From positions 192,001-256,000 of the forward strand of contig CAVRCI010000001.1 in assembly GCA_963719495.1 (NCBI GenBank): 64,000 nucleotides of DNA, written 5' to 3'. The translations under genes and the position numbers were made by a program. The notes beneath the pieces are model-generated. The model was not told the DNA's origin, did not search any database, and saw only the letters and a program-made list of their open reading frames with translations. Each line of letters opens with the position of its first letter. Positions within the stretch are counted from its first letter, which is position 1. Shown piece by piece: positions 19,337-29,361 of the stretch. Source of the stretch: an uncultured Verrucomicrobiae bacterium. GTDB taxonomy: Bacteria; Verrucomicrobiota; Verrucomicrobiia; Chthoniobacterales; JAATET01.

Positions 19337-20293
19337 CTAACCAGCCGGGCCGGTTCGACAATCCCAAAACACCTCGCCCGCCCGGGCTTCGAGTGCCGTC
19401 CCGTCGATCCCGGACCCAATGAGCACGGCGACGGGCGCTTCCACGCGCGACTCGGCCCCGATCGGCAGCCACTGGACGCCGCCGTCCTCGATCCGCTGAA
19501 AGACGTGAAATTCCTCCGGCGAATCCGCCAGCTTCGCGAGACCCTTCACGCGGATGACTTCGCGCGGCAGCCCGGCGAGAAACGCCGCCAGCACGGGCCG
19601 CTCGACCACCGGCGGAAGGTCGATCTGGATCGAGGAAAAATGGTGCGCCGCGTGCCGCGAGACGTCCGGCTTTCGGATTCGATACGTCGTCCCGCGCTCG
19701 GGCGAATCACGCACACTTTCCCCGACGGCACTCAACTCTTTCGCGAATTCCACGGCGTCCACCCGCGGCGCGACGACCGCGTGTTTGGCGAAGGAAACTT
19801 CCACAGCCGACCGCCGCTTTTCGTCGATCTCATCCCACCGCGACAGATGAAGAAACGCCGCCGTCCGCACCTGTTCGAGCTCGAGCGAGTTGTGCCAGAA
19901 GCGCTTCTGCCATCGCTTCGCGTCGATCACCGAGAGCTGAATCGGCTGCGTGAGCGCCCGGAGCCCCGGTTCGAGCGCGAGCAATTCGATGAGCGCCTCC
20001 GCGTCCGTCGTCCCGTTCGTCTCGACGACGACCACCCGCCCCGGCCCCGGCTCGAAGGCCGTGAGCGAGTTGACCAATTCGTCGCGTGACCCGCAGCACA
20101 CGCAGCTCCCGCTGATCGGCACGACCGTCTCCGTCAACTCGCGCAGCAGCTCGGCGTCGACCCGCGCGTTCTGGTAATCGTTGATGATCACGTGCGGTTG
20201 CAATCCCTCCGCGGCCATCGCGGGGAGCAGGGAGCGGAGGTAAGTCGTCTTCCCGGCACCGAGAAATCCAACGAGAAGAACGAGCGGCGTCAT
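19337..20293 (-). CDS. CobW/COG0523 family G3E GTPase metallochaperone
   Basis: GFLGAGKTT, GSCVCC, ETNG, IRVKG. Confidence 0.88.
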   Translation of the reverse strand: MTPLVLLVGFLGAGKTTYLRSLLPAMAAEGLQPHVIINDYQNARVDAELLRELTETVVPISGSCVCCGSRDELVNSLTAFEPGPGRVVVVETNGTTDAEALIELLALEPGLRALTQPIQLSVIDAKRWQKRFWHNSLELEQVRTAAFLHLSRWDEIDEKRRSAVEVSFAKHAVVAPRVDAVEFAKELSAVGESVRDSPERGTTYRIRKPDVSRHAAHHFSSIQIDLPPVVERPVLAAFLAGLPREVIRVKGLAKLADSPEEFHVFQRIEDGGVQWLPIGAESRVEAPVAVLIGSGIDGTALEARAGEVFWDCRTGPAG

Positions 20294-20307
20294 GGGAACT
20301 ATCGGGC

Positions 20308-21708
20308 TTAGACCGATACCGTCGGCGGGCGTTCGAGAAATTTCCCGGGATTCAGGTTATCCGCCGGATCGAGCGCCGCCTTGATCGTCTGGTGGAGCGC
20401 CCGCAGCTCGGGCGTGGTCGCCTGATCCCACCAATCTTTTTTCGCCAGACCGATGCCGTGTTCGCCCGAGATCGCGCCACCCCATTCGAGGACTTTCGCA
20501 AAAAGTTCGTCCAGCGCGACGTGTACCTTCGTCCGAACTTCCGGACGGTCGTAATCCGCGGCCATGATGTTCACGTGAATGTTCCCGTCGCCCGCGTGAC
20601 CGAAACACGCGATCGGGTAGCCGCACCGCTTCTCCAACCCCTCCGCGAACCGCACGAGATCCACCAACCGCCCGCGCGGCACGACGATGTCTTCGTTCAA
20701 TTTCGTCAGCCCCGTCGCCCGCAACGACATCGAAAAACCGCGCCGCAACGCCCACAGCTCCCGGCAATCCGCGTCCGTCGTCGCGGTCACGACCTCCGTC
20801 GCGCCACTTTCGCCGAGCAGCTTGGCCAGGTCCTTCGTCTCGCCGAGCAGACTGGCGACCTGCCCGTCGATCTCGATGAGCACGTGCGCGTTCCCCGGCG
20901 GGACGCGCGTCAACGCCCCATTCGCCCGCGCCGCTTCGAGCGTGAACCGGTCCGCGACCTCGACCGCCGCCGGCAGGAACCCCCGCCGAAACACCGCCTG
21001 CACCGCCCCCGCCGCCGCCCGCATCGACGGGAACCCCGCCGACAGCACCGCCCGCGCCGGCGGATCGGGCAGCAACCGCAACGTCGCCTCGGTCACCACG
21101 CCCAACATCCCCTCCGATCCCACGAACATTCCAATGAGATCGAACCCGGTCTTGTTTTTGTGATTCCGCCCACCGATCCGCACGACCGTCCCGTCGGCCA
21201 GCACGATCTCGAGACCGAGCACGTAATTCCGCGTGACTCCATATTTCAAACACCGCGGGCCGCCCGCATTCGTCGCGATGTTCCCGCCAAGGCTGCAGTT
21301 ATCCAGGCTCGCCGGGTCCGGCGGATAAAGCAGGCCCTTCCGCTTGGCCCGCGCCTGCAGCCTTCCGGTGATCACCGCGGGCTGCACGACGGCCACAAAA
21401 TCCCGCGCGTCCACCGCGAGGATCCGGTTCATCCGCCGCGTCGAAAGCACGATCCCACCCCGCACCGGCACGCAGCCACCGACGTAACCGTAACCCGCCC
21501 CGCGCGTCGTCACCGGCACGCCCGCAGCGTGCGCCGCGCGCAGGACGAACGCCACGTCCGCCGTCGATCCCGGCAGCACCGCCAAATCGGGCGCCTGCGC
21601 GGCGAACCACTTGTCGCCGGCGAATTCCGCGAGCCGAGCCGCGTCGCTCACGACGTGCTCGGACCCCAGACGACGGCTGATTTTCTGACGCAGCGCTCGT
21701 TCGATCAC
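20308..21708 (-). CDS. FAD-linked oxidase, GlcD/D-lactate dehydrogenase family
   Basis: YPPDPAS, GGNIATNAGG, GSEGMLG, GHAGDGNIH, SGEHGIG, NPGK. Confidence 0.92.
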   Translation of the reverse strand: MIERALRQKISRRLGSEHVVSDAARLAEFAGDKWFAAQAPDLAVLPGSTADVAFVLRAAHAAGVPVTTRGAGYGYVGGCVPVRGGIVLSTRRMNRILAVDARDFVAVVQPAVITGRLQARAKRKGLLYPPDPASLDNCSLGGNIATNAGGPRCLKYGVTRNYVLGLEIVLADGTVVRIGGRNHKNKTGFDLIGMFVGSEGMLGVVTEATLRLLPDPPARAVLSAGFPSMRAAAGAVQAVFRRGFLPAAVEVADRFTLEAARANGALTRVPPGNAHVLIEIDGQVASLLGETKDLAKLLGESGATEVVTATTDADCRELWALRRGFSMSLRATGLTKLNEDIVVPRGRLVDLVRFAEGLEKRCGYPIACFGHAGDGNIHVNIMAADYDRPEVRTKVHVALDELFAKVLEWGGAISGEHGIGLAKKDWWDQATTPELRALHQTIKAALDPADNLNPGKFLERPPTVSV

Positions 21709-21788
21709 GCCCGCACTATCCCGAATTCTCCGACCACGTAAAGCGCCCGGCTGGCTTCCGCCCCGACTTTTTGCTTAGACTCCGCGCG

Positions 21789-22538
21789 ATGTTCTTCCGC
21801 CGCCGCGCCCCCGCCAGCCCCGAGTCCGCCTCCGCCGCACCCGGTTCTCGCCAGCGTCCCATCGGCGAACTCACGTCCTTCCTCGAGGACGTGCGCGCCC
21901 GCGGCTTCCGCCCGCGCGGCATTCTCGACGTCGGAGCGCACCGCGGCGATTGGACGCGCGCCGTGGCACCAATTTTTCCCGACGCCGCGTTCATCCTCAT
22001 CGAACCGCTCGCGGAAATGGCCGACGACCTCGCCCGCACCGCCCGCGACGTCCCCCGCTGCACCGTCCTCCCGCACGGCGCGGGTCCTGCGACCGGCGAA
22101 TTCTTCCAGACCGTCAGCCCCGACCTCGCGGGATCGTCGTTCCTCCCCAAACCGAAGCCCGAGAAAATCGACGCCGGCCAGCAGCGTCCGACCCGCGTCG
22201 TCACCCTCGACTCGGTCGTCGCCGAGCACCCCGGCTTCCACCCCGACCTCGTCAAACTCGACGTGCAGGGATTCGAACTCGAAGTCCTCGCCGGAGCCAC
22301 CACCCTCTTCGGCCACACGGAACTCTTCATCCTCGAGACGTCGCTCTTCTCGTCCTCTCGCCGCCTCCCGACGACCCGCGACGTCATCGCCCACCTGGCC
22401 GACCGCGGCTACGAACTCTACGACGTCACCGGCCACCTCCGCCGCCCCCTCGACGGCGCCCTCGGCCAGATCGACCTCGCCTTCGCCCGCGCCGACGGCC
22501 ACCTCCGCCGAATCCTCCGCTGGGCCGCCGAGACTTGA
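21789..22538 (+). CDS. FkbM family methyltransferase
   Basis: ILDVGAHRG, KLDVQGFELEVL. Confidence 0.9.
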   Translation: MFFRRRAPASPESASAAPGSRQRPIGELTSFLEDVRARGFRPRGILDVGAHRGDWTRAVAPIFPDAAFILIEPLAEMADDLARTARDVPRCTVLPHGAGPATGEFFQTVSPDLAGSSFLPKPKPEKIDAGQQRPTRVVTLDSVVAEHPGFHPDLVKLDVQGFELEVLAGATTLFGHTELFILETSLFSSSRRLPTTRDVIAHLADRGYELYDVTGHLRRPLDGALGQIDLAFARADGHLRRILRWAAET

Positions 22539-23300
22539 TCAAAGAGGTTTCGAACGCGGAACCCCGTCGCCGATCACGACGTCCTGGATCCATCGGCGCA
22601 CCCGCGCTCGCTCGCCGGCCGGAAACCCGTGCGCGACTCCCACCATGGTTCGCGCCGTCACCTCGAGTCCGGCGTCTCGCGCGGTCAGAACCATCGGTTG
22701 CATGAAACCCAGACTTCCGTTGTAGCCGTCGCCCCACGCCAGATAGCAAAATTTCCCATCCAGTTTCTTGGCCGCCCGCTCTTCCCGACAGCCCCCCTCG
22801 ACGATCACGAACGCGTCGAACCGATCCACGAAACCCGCCCGTCCTTGCGCCACGTAACTCCCAACGGTGTGCGCTCCGTTGCTCAGTCCGGCGACCACCC
22901 GCGCCCCCGTTTCCGCGTTCGGCACTTCGGCGAAAAGGCGTTCGATCATCACCAGATGGAACTCCCAGATTCGATCCATCCGCCCTCGCTGCGACGCCTC
23001 GAGCGGTCGCGCCCCCCCACCGGGATACGGCATCGCCGCGACCACGAATCGCTCGAAGTCCACCAATCCAGCCGCCCCAGCCGGATCCGCGCCACCCCTT
23101 CCCCCCGCGAACCACAACAGCAAAGGCACGGGCGTCGTCACGTCGTATCCGTCGGGAAACGAAACCCCGAATCGCGCCGACTCACCGCGCTGATCCTCCC
23201 CGAGGCTTGGGCATTCGAAATACCGCACCTCCGCCGCGCCGACGCCGCCCCCGATCACCCCGGCCATCAACACCACCAGCCCTACCCACCCCGCCCTCAT
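22539..23300 (-). CDS. Secreted alpha/beta hydrolase-fold protein
   Basis: Signal peptide; nucleophile elbow GLSNG and GVAHGF; ATG 23300 overlaps the upstream stop. Confidence 0.7.
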   Translation of the reverse strand: MRAGWVGLVVLMAGVIGGGVGAAEVRYFECPSLGEDQRGESARFGVSFPDGYDVTTPVPLLLWFAGGRGGADPAGAAGLVDFERFVVAAMPYPGGGARPLEASQRGRMDRIWEFHLVMIERLFAEVPNAETGARVVAGLSNGAHTVGSYVAQGRAGFVDRFDAFVIVEGGCREERAAKKLDGKFCYLAWGDGYNGSLGFMQPMVLTARDAGLEVTARTMVGVAHGFPAGERARVRRWIQDVVIGDGVPRSKPL

Positions 23301-26300
23301 CGCAACGCCCGGGCCAAAAATTCCTGACTCATCCGCACCACCTCGCGCGTCGGCTGATGGGCCACCCCCGGGAGAATCCGAAACTCCGGCTCGCAACCCG
23401 CCGCCCGCAACACCGTCACGAATTGCTCGGCGGCCGCGCGCCGGTTAAAATCGTCGATTCCCGCGTCGTCGGCTTCCCCCACCGTCACCAGAGTCGGAAC
23501 CCCGCGGAGTTCCCCCATCGGACACTGCCCCGCCAACCCCTCCAACCACGCCCACGTCGACGCGCTGTGCGCCGACAGGGCCGCCGTCCGCGCCGAATTC
23601 CACCGTGAGAACGATTGCACGAACTGCGCCCCGCCGCCGTAGCCGTGCAAAAGCCAGCGCTCGTCGTTCAGCGGCGTCCGTTCGCCGATCTTTGCCACCG
23701 CCCGCACCAGAGCTTCTCCCGACCACGACTGCGCGTTTTGATAAGCGGCGAGCGCGTGACCGAGCCGTCGCGGGTAGTCCGCCGAGTTGAACTGCGGTGC
23801 CACCAGCACGAGGTCATTCTCGTCGGCGAAGCGCGCCCACGCCGACTCCCCGTCCAGCATCGGCAGCACCCCTTCCTGCATCGAAGGCGCGAGGACCAGG
23901 ACCCGACGCCCGCGAGCGTCGTCGCCATCCCCCCCGCTCGGCACCCGGTAAAAAACCGTCAGCTCCGGGTTGTTGAGCTGCGGCGTCCGCACGCGCACCG
24001 CGCTCACGCCGCGCGGAAGCCGGGCCCGCTCCGGATCGAAGCGCGCCTCTTCGAGCGCCCGCAACGCGTCCGCCGCCACGCTGCCACTCTCCGTCGCCCG
24101 GAGAATCCAATCGCGGTAATTCGGCCCGATCCGATAAGACGCCCGCACGTTTCGATCCTTCGCCCGACTCACCGCGCTCCGAAACGCCGTGATCGCCTCC
24201 GCGCGCTGACCCGTCACCCGCAGCACCCGACCGAGGTGGTAATCGGCCGACGCCCGGATGGCCTCCGTGAGCGCTTCCGACGAATCCTTCGACATCGGTG
24301 CCGCGGCCACCTCCCGCAACCACGCTTCAGCCTCCGCGTCCCGTCGACCCTGCGCTAAAACGATTCCGCAATCCACCAGCATCGCCCGATCATCATCGAA
24401 CAAGGGCCTCCCCAGAAAGACCCGTCGCAGACCCGGCAACCGCTCGCTCGCCATGCGCTCGGCCAACGCCGCCGCCGAAGTCCCGATCGTCACGTCGCCG
24501 TCCGTCCGCGACCACCACCGCCGCCAATCCGCGGGCTTGCGGCTCGCCATCGCCCGCTCGAAGGCCCGCTCCTCCGCCGCCAACAAGGCCGCTCGATCCC
24601 GGAAATGCCCCGGCCCCGCGTCCATCTGATCCGCCAGTTGCTCGCCCGATTCCGCCCGGGTCAGTTCCCGCCAATCAAGCATGTTGCGATCCCACGTCCG
24701 CGCCGTTCGGTCCGCCACCCCACACCGCGCCGCGGCCACCCGGGACGCCGCGCGGAAATCCTCGTGCCACGTCGCGTAATCCTCGTCGCTCACCACCTCC
24801 CGGAAAAGCTGATTGCAGAGGCGATGAAAGAAATACGCCACGTAGGTCTCGACCCGCTGGTATTCCTCCGGCGTCTCGGCGCGCCCCAGCCAGAAGGCCA
24901 GGGTGTCCGCCGCGTAGTCCGCCATCTCCCGCCAGTGCCTCGCCGGGGCGCCGGGGTCCACGTGGCCCAGACCGATCCAGGGTCGACCCACCGACTCGAG
25001 GGCCGACCGCATCGCCCCGTAGGCAATCGTTCCCGCCAAATTCAGGCAGCGAGGAAATTGCTCCAGCCACTCTGGCTCCACCCGAATCAAGCGATCCCCG
25101 CGACCCTGAAAAGCAATCGCGAAGGCGAATTCCCGCCTGAGTTCCTCGTCATCGAAAAGCGAAAACGCCGACCGCCCGATGGCCGAAACGTCGTTCCACT
25201 CGATCCGCGGTTCGCCCTCGTCGGAAATTTCGACCCGAAACCGCTCCGGCCCGTAAAAGTCCTCCGGTCGCCGCGCGTCCGCGTCCCCCCCCACCACCCG
25301 CGCCAGGTAAAGGATCGTCCGCGTCAGCTTCGCCAGACTATCGCGCCTCGGCAGCGCCTCGTCCGGCAGCGCTTCGAGCCGCCGCAACAACGCCGCCGAC
25401 TCCGCCGACAGCACCTCCGGCGTCATCCCCGCCATCGAATCGAAGAGCCAAAAATACCGCGCCGCCACCCGAGCCGGATGAGCTTCACCGCCGGAACTTT
25501 CGGCGCTGAACTCCCCCAACTCCGCCACCGCGTCCATCGTCTCGCCGCTGAAATGCCCACCATTCCCCGGCCACTGCAAAAACGCCTGCAGCCGCTCGAA
25601 CTCCAGCCAAGCCCGCATCGGCTGGTCCTCCGGCAGACGGGCGATGAGGTCATCCCGGCGCGCGAAGTCGAGAAATCCGTCCAGGCCATCCTTCCCGTCG
25701 CTTCCCTTGCGCAGTGCCATCCCGATCGCCTTGGGGTGCGTCGGGTTCACCAGCAGCAATTGCAGTAGGTGGACGTTCCGATCCGCCCGGTTCTTCGCCG
25801 CCGATATCGAGTCCAGAATCTCCCCCTCCGCCGGCAAATCGATTTCGACCCGACCAGCCGTGGCCCCCTCTTCCCAGCCCGATTCGGCGGCGACGAGATC
25901 GGGCAGCGTCCCGCGGAGCAGCGCACCCCAACCACTCCGCTCCGTCGGCAAATCCGTCGTCAGCGCACCGACGACCTCGCCCGAGATCGTGTTCACCAGC
26001 GACCAATCCACCCGCCAGCGCCCGGTCGCCTCCCGGCTCAATTCGCCCCGGAGCGCCCGTCGCGAGACGAAACCCACGCTCGTTTCCCAGCGCGCCCCCT
26101 CCGTGTGACTCGTCCGCGCGAGCAAGTCGTATTCATCCCGGATCAACCCCAGGGACTCCGGCAACAACAACTCCGGTCCCGCCAACGCCTCAACCGCTTC
26201 CATGGCCACCGCCGTCGCCGCCGCGTCCGATGCCCCGCCGCCTCCGGTGCCTTCCGCCACCGTCACCCCCAGGAAAGTCACGCCATCGCGCGGTCGCGCA

Positions 26301-27343
26301 TCTGCGCCCACCGCCGCGCCCCGCCCCACCAGACCCAACTCGACGAAACGCCGCATCGCCGCCGCGAACCCCGTCAGTCCCACCGCGTCGTAGCACCGCG
26401 CCTCCCAGAGATAGGCCGGCACGAATTGACTGTTCAGCTCGTAGGCCCGCTGGAACTCCGCCGTCGCTTCCAACGGTCGACCCGCCGCGAACAGCGACAC
26501 GCCCCGGTAGTAGGGTTCCAACGCTTCCGGCTCGACCCTCTGCCGAAACACCGGGCGCTCGTCCTCCGCCGACTCGCCGAGCCTTTCCTCCAAAAATTCC
26601 GCCACCACCCGGGGCAGCCGCGCCCCCGGGAACCGACTTGTCATTTCCCCCAGCGCCTCCCCGCGCGAACCCGTCACCGACACGTGCACCCCACCCGCGC
26701 CGCCATCCAAACGAACCAAAAAGTCCGCCCCGGGAAACGCCTCCATCCCGTCCGCACCCTCGGCCCGGAACCCCGCCTCCGCCGACTCCCGCTCCTCGAG
26801 CACCCGCAGCGTCAGCTCGCGATCCAACCCGCGATACCCCCGCCGCTCGCACCAATCTCTCACCGCGAAACCCGCCTCACCCAATTCCGATCCCTCGCCT
26901 TCCACAACCGCCACGCTGACCCCGCGGCCACTCCCTTCGCTCGATTCGAGGCGCAGTCCCGTCACCGCCCCGGCCAATCCCTCCAGCTCCGCGACCCTCA
27001 TCGCGCCAGCCTGCTCTCCGGTCGCGGCGTCGACCGCGAACACCTCCCACCCCTCGCCCACCGCCGCGACCCCGACCAACCAATCCGCTCGCAATACCCG
27101 TCCCATCGCCACCAAATCGCGCCGCTCGGCGCTCAGGACCCGTTCCTCGAACACGAGCTTGATCTCGTCGCGCGAAACCAGCTCGACCCCCGCTTCATTC
27201 GACAACGCCGCCTCGACCAGAGCCGCGGCATCGAGCGCCGCCGGGGTCGTCGCCACGACCGCCACGCGGGATCGATCCTCAGCCCACAAACCCGCCAACC
27301 CCAACCCGAACCAACTCAGCAAAAACAGCAATCGAACATCCAT
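23297..27343 (-). CDS. Large secreted protein: CsgG/HfaB-like N-domain, TPR repeats, C-terminal alpha/beta hydrolase-like domain
   Basis: Signal peptide from ATG 27343; VELVSRDEIKLVFEE..MGRVLRADWL (CsgG-like); TPR motifs; LHGYGGGAQF, GEAD and GVAH at the C-terminus. Confidence 0.7.
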   Translation of the reverse strand: MDVRLLFLLSWFGLGLAGLWAEDRSRVAVVATTPAALDAAALVEAALSNEAGVELVSRDEIKLVFEERVLSAERRDLVAMGRVLRADWLVGVAAVGEGWEVFAVDAATGEQAGAMRVAELEGLAGAVTGLRLESSEGSGRGVSVAVVEGEGSELGEAGFAVRDWCERRGYRGLDRELTLRVLEERESAEAGFRAEGADGMEAFPGADFLVRLDGGAGGVHVSVTGSRGEALGEMTSRFPGARLPRVVAEFLEERLGESAEDERPVFRQRVEPEALEPYYRGVSLFAAGRPLEATAEFQRAYELNSQFVPAYLWEARCYDAVGLTGFAAAMRRFVELGLVGRGAAVGADARPRDGVTFLGVTVAEGTGGGGASDAAATAVAMEAVEALAGPELLLPESLGLIRDEYDLLARTSHTEGARWETSVGFVSRRALRGELSREATGRWRVDWSLVNTISGEVVGALTTDLPTERSGWGALLRGTLPDLVAAESGWEEGATAGRVEIDLPAEGEILDSISAAKNRADRNVHLLQLLLVNPTHPKAIGMALRKGSDGKDGLDGFLDFARRDDLIARLPEDQPMRAWLEFERLQAFLQWPGNGGHFSGETMDAVAELGEFSAESSGGEAHPARVAARYFWLFDSMAGMTPEVLSAESAALLRRLEALPDEALPRRDSLAKLTRTILYLARVVGGDADARRPEDFYGPERFRVEISDEGEPRIEWNDVSAIGRSAFSLFDDEELRREFAFAIAFQGRGDRLIRVEPEWLEQFPRCLNLAGTIAYGAMRSALESVGRPWIGLGHVDPGAPARHWREMADYAADTLAFWLGRAETPEEYQRVETYVAYFFHRLCNQLFREVVSDEDYATWHEDFRAASRVAAARCGVADRTARTWDRNMLDWRELTRAESGEQLADQMDAGPGHFRDRAALLAAEERAFERAMASRKPADWRRWWSRTDGDVTIGTSAAALAERMASERLPGLRRVFLGRPLFDDDRAMLVDCGIVLAQGRRDAEAEAWLREVAAAPMSKDSSEALTEAIRASADYHLGRVLRVTGQRAEAITAFRSAVSRAKDRNVRASYRIGPNYRDWILRATESGSVAADALRALEEARFDPERARLPRGVSAVRVRTPQLNNPELTVFYRVPSGGDGDDARGRRVLVLAPSMQEGVLPMLDGESAWARFADENDLVLVAPQFNSADYPRRLGHALAAYQNAQSWSGEALVRAVAKIGERTPLNDERWLLHGYGGGAQFVQSFSRWNSARTAALSAHSASTWAWLEGLAGQCPMGELRGVPTLVTVGEADDAGIDDFNRRAAAEQFVTVLRAAGCEPEFRILPGVAHQPTREVVRMSQEFLARALR

Positions 27344-27365
27344 CACGAAAAGAATCTGCAACCAT

Positions 27366-27391
27366 GACGCCGCTGAGACCCGGATCCTTGG
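27366..27391 (-). promoter_or_regulatory. Putative ECF sigma promoter CCAAGGAT-N14-CGTC for the large secreted-protein gene
   Basis: Reverse complement reads ccaaggat-ccgggtctcagcgg-cgtc; same motif and spacing as 27486-27511. Confidence 0.65.
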
Positions 27392-27485
27392 GATTTTTTC
27401 CGGCGACCTCGAGACAACTCCGAGCGAGCCACCCGACCCCACTCCCGGCTCCTTCGTCAATTTTTTCCGGAAACCAACGAAAGTT

Positions 27486-27511
27486 CCAAGGATTCCGCCC
27501 GGCCCGCCGTC
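27486..27511 (+). promoter_or_regulatory. Putative autoregulatory ECF sigma promoter CCAAGGAT-N14-CGTC
   Basis: ccaaggat-tccgcccggcccgc-cgtc upstream of the sigma gene; CGTC is a typical ECF -10 core. Confidence 0.65.
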
Positions 27512-27533
27512 TCACCTGATAGAACGACCCACG

Positions 27534-28052
27534 ATGCCCGATGACCCCGAAGAACCCGAATGGATCTCCCGAGCCACCCGCGGCGATTCCGACGCCTTCA
27601 CCGAACTCTTCAAACGCTACCACCCCATGATCCACGCCTTCGCCTACCGCCTCGGACATTCCGCGACCGACGCCGACGAGATCGCCCAGGTCACGTTCGT
27701 AAAAGCCGCCCGCTCCCTCGCCACCGTTCGGGGGAATTTCAAGAGCTGGCTCTTCCGCATCGCCCACAACACCGCCACCGACCACCTCCGCTCCACGCTC
27801 CGCCACCGTCGCCTTACCGAGGAAGCCACCGCCCAAGCCGACCAATTCACCCCCACCGATCCAGACCACGCCCCCATCGCCGCCGCGCTCGCCAACCTCT
27901 CCCCCGATCTTCGCGCCGCCATCGTGCTCACCTTCTACGAAGGCCTCACCCACGCCGAGGCCGCCCGCGTCGCCGGCTGCGCCGAGACCACCATCTCGTG
28001 GCGGGTCTTCACCGCGAAACGCAAACTCAAAAAAATCCTCGCCCGCCCGTGA
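27534..28052 (+). CDS. ECF (sigma-70 group 4) RNA polymerase sigma factor
   Basis: GDSDAFTELFKRY, DADEIAQVTF, FKSWLFRIAHN, EGLTHAEAA; ATG 27534. Confidence 0.93.
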   Translation: MPDDPEEPEWISRATRGDSDAFTELFKRYHPMIHAFAYRLGHSATDADEIAQVTFVKAARSLATVRGNFKSWLFRIAHNTATDHLRSTLRHRRLTEEATAQADQFTPTDPDHAPIAAALANLSPDLRAAIVLTFYEGLTHAEAARVAGCAETTISWRVFTAKRKLKKILARP

Positions 28053-28642
28053 CCGATCCCGACCTCCATCGCCTGCTCGCTCGCCTCCCGGCCCCGCCGC
28101 CCGCCGGCCCCGCCGCCCGCGGTCGCGCCCACCACCGCGCCCTCATCGCCCTCGCGCAGCCAGGCGTCGCCGCCGCGAGTCCGTCTCGCCGACGTCGGCC
28201 CGCCCTGGTCGCGTCGGGTCTCGCCGCGATCCTCGCCATCCTTTTCTTCATCGCCGTCCAACCGACCCGCTCGCACCACCCGGACGTCGCCGCCCAACGC
28301 GACCTCCTCCTCGAAATCGAGCGATCCTTCCCCTCCCACCTCCAAGCCGTCATCGAACGCGACGGAGCCATCGAACTCGTCCTCGCCGAGCAGCCCACGC
28401 CCCCGACCGATCAACGTCTCCTCGTCGAAATCTCGACGCCGCGTGACCGCATCCGCATCCTCAGCTACAGCGGTCGCACCGTCTGCGTCACGGTCGCCGG
28501 ACGCCCGCTCTGCTTCGAACTCCTGCTCGCCGACAACGACGACGTCATCGTCTCCAGCGACCACTTCATCTGGACGCCCGACCACCCCGCCACCCTTGCC
28601 GGCACCACGCTCCGCGCCGAACGCCTCGCCTCTTCCCGATGA
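28049..28642 (+). CDS. Putative single-TM anti-sigma factor
   Basis: GTG overlaps the sigma stop; short cytoplasmic part, one TM helix, beta-rich periplasmic domain. Confidence 0.65.
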   Translation: MTDPDLHRLLARLPAPPPAGPAARGRAHHRALIALAQPGVAAASPSRRRRPALVASGLAAILAILFFIAVQPTRSHHPDVAAQRDLLLEIERSFPSHLQAVIERDGAIELVLAEQPTPPTDQRLLVEISTPRDRIRILSYSGRTVCVTVAGRPLCFELLLADNDDVIVSSDHFIWTPDHPATLAGTTLRAERLASSR

Positions 28643-29361
28643 CATCCCCGCGTCTCACTCGTCCGGCACTCGCCATTGCGCTGCTCGCCGGAGCCACCGC
28701 GCTCAGCGCGCCTCCCGGCATCCGTTACGCCCCCGACACCCCGCCACCCGTCCTCCACGTTCGCGGCGGAGCCTCCTGTGACGTCCCCCTCTTGATCGAA
28801 ATCGATGCGTCCGGCCCCATCCACCTTTTCGCGCAGCTCACCCAGCTCTCGTCCTCGCTCACCGCGCCCCTCGGACCCGTCACCGACCTGGGTCCCGTTT
28901 CCGCCTCTCAACCCATGTCCGTCCCGCTCGACGTCCCCGACGTCACGACCCCCACCGAGGTTCTCGTCCGCTTCTCCGCCCGCGGCCCCGCGGACACCGA
29001 CCCTCCCCTCGCTCACGGTCAACTCCGCCTCGTCGTCCACCCGTCCGACTCCCTGGACGGACTCCGCACCTTCGCTCGCCGTCATCCCCTCGGCGTCTTC
29101 GGAACCAGCTCCGAGATCCGCGCGTTTCTCGAACGGGAGCGCGTCGCGTTCAAGGATCTGGGCGAGGCCCCACCCCGCAATCCGCCCGTCAACCTTCTCG
29201 CCATCGGCTCGGGCGACGACCTCCTCGCCAGCGTCCGGGTCGCCGTCACTCCAGACGGCCCCCGCCGCCGAGTCACCTTCCCAGCTCTCCCCGACCTCGG
29301 GACAAACCCGCTCACCCAAGAAACCTTCCTCCTCATCCTCAACCAATCCATCCAGCCATGA
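28639..29361 (+). CDS. Hypothetical secreted protein
   Basis: Signal peptide; 4-bp overlaps with both neighbours. Confidence 0.65.
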   Translation: MTSPRLTRPALAIALLAGATALSAPPGIRYAPDTPPPVLHVRGGASCDVPLLIEIDASGPIHLFAQLTQLSSSLTAPLGPVTDLGPVSASQPMSVPLDVPDVTTPTEVLVRFSARGPADTDPPLAHGQLRLVVHPSDSLDGLRTFARRHPLGVFGTSSEIRAFLERERVAFKDLGEAPPRNPPVNLLAIGSGDDLLASVRVAVTPDGPRRRVTFPALPDLGTNPLTQETFLLILNQSIQP

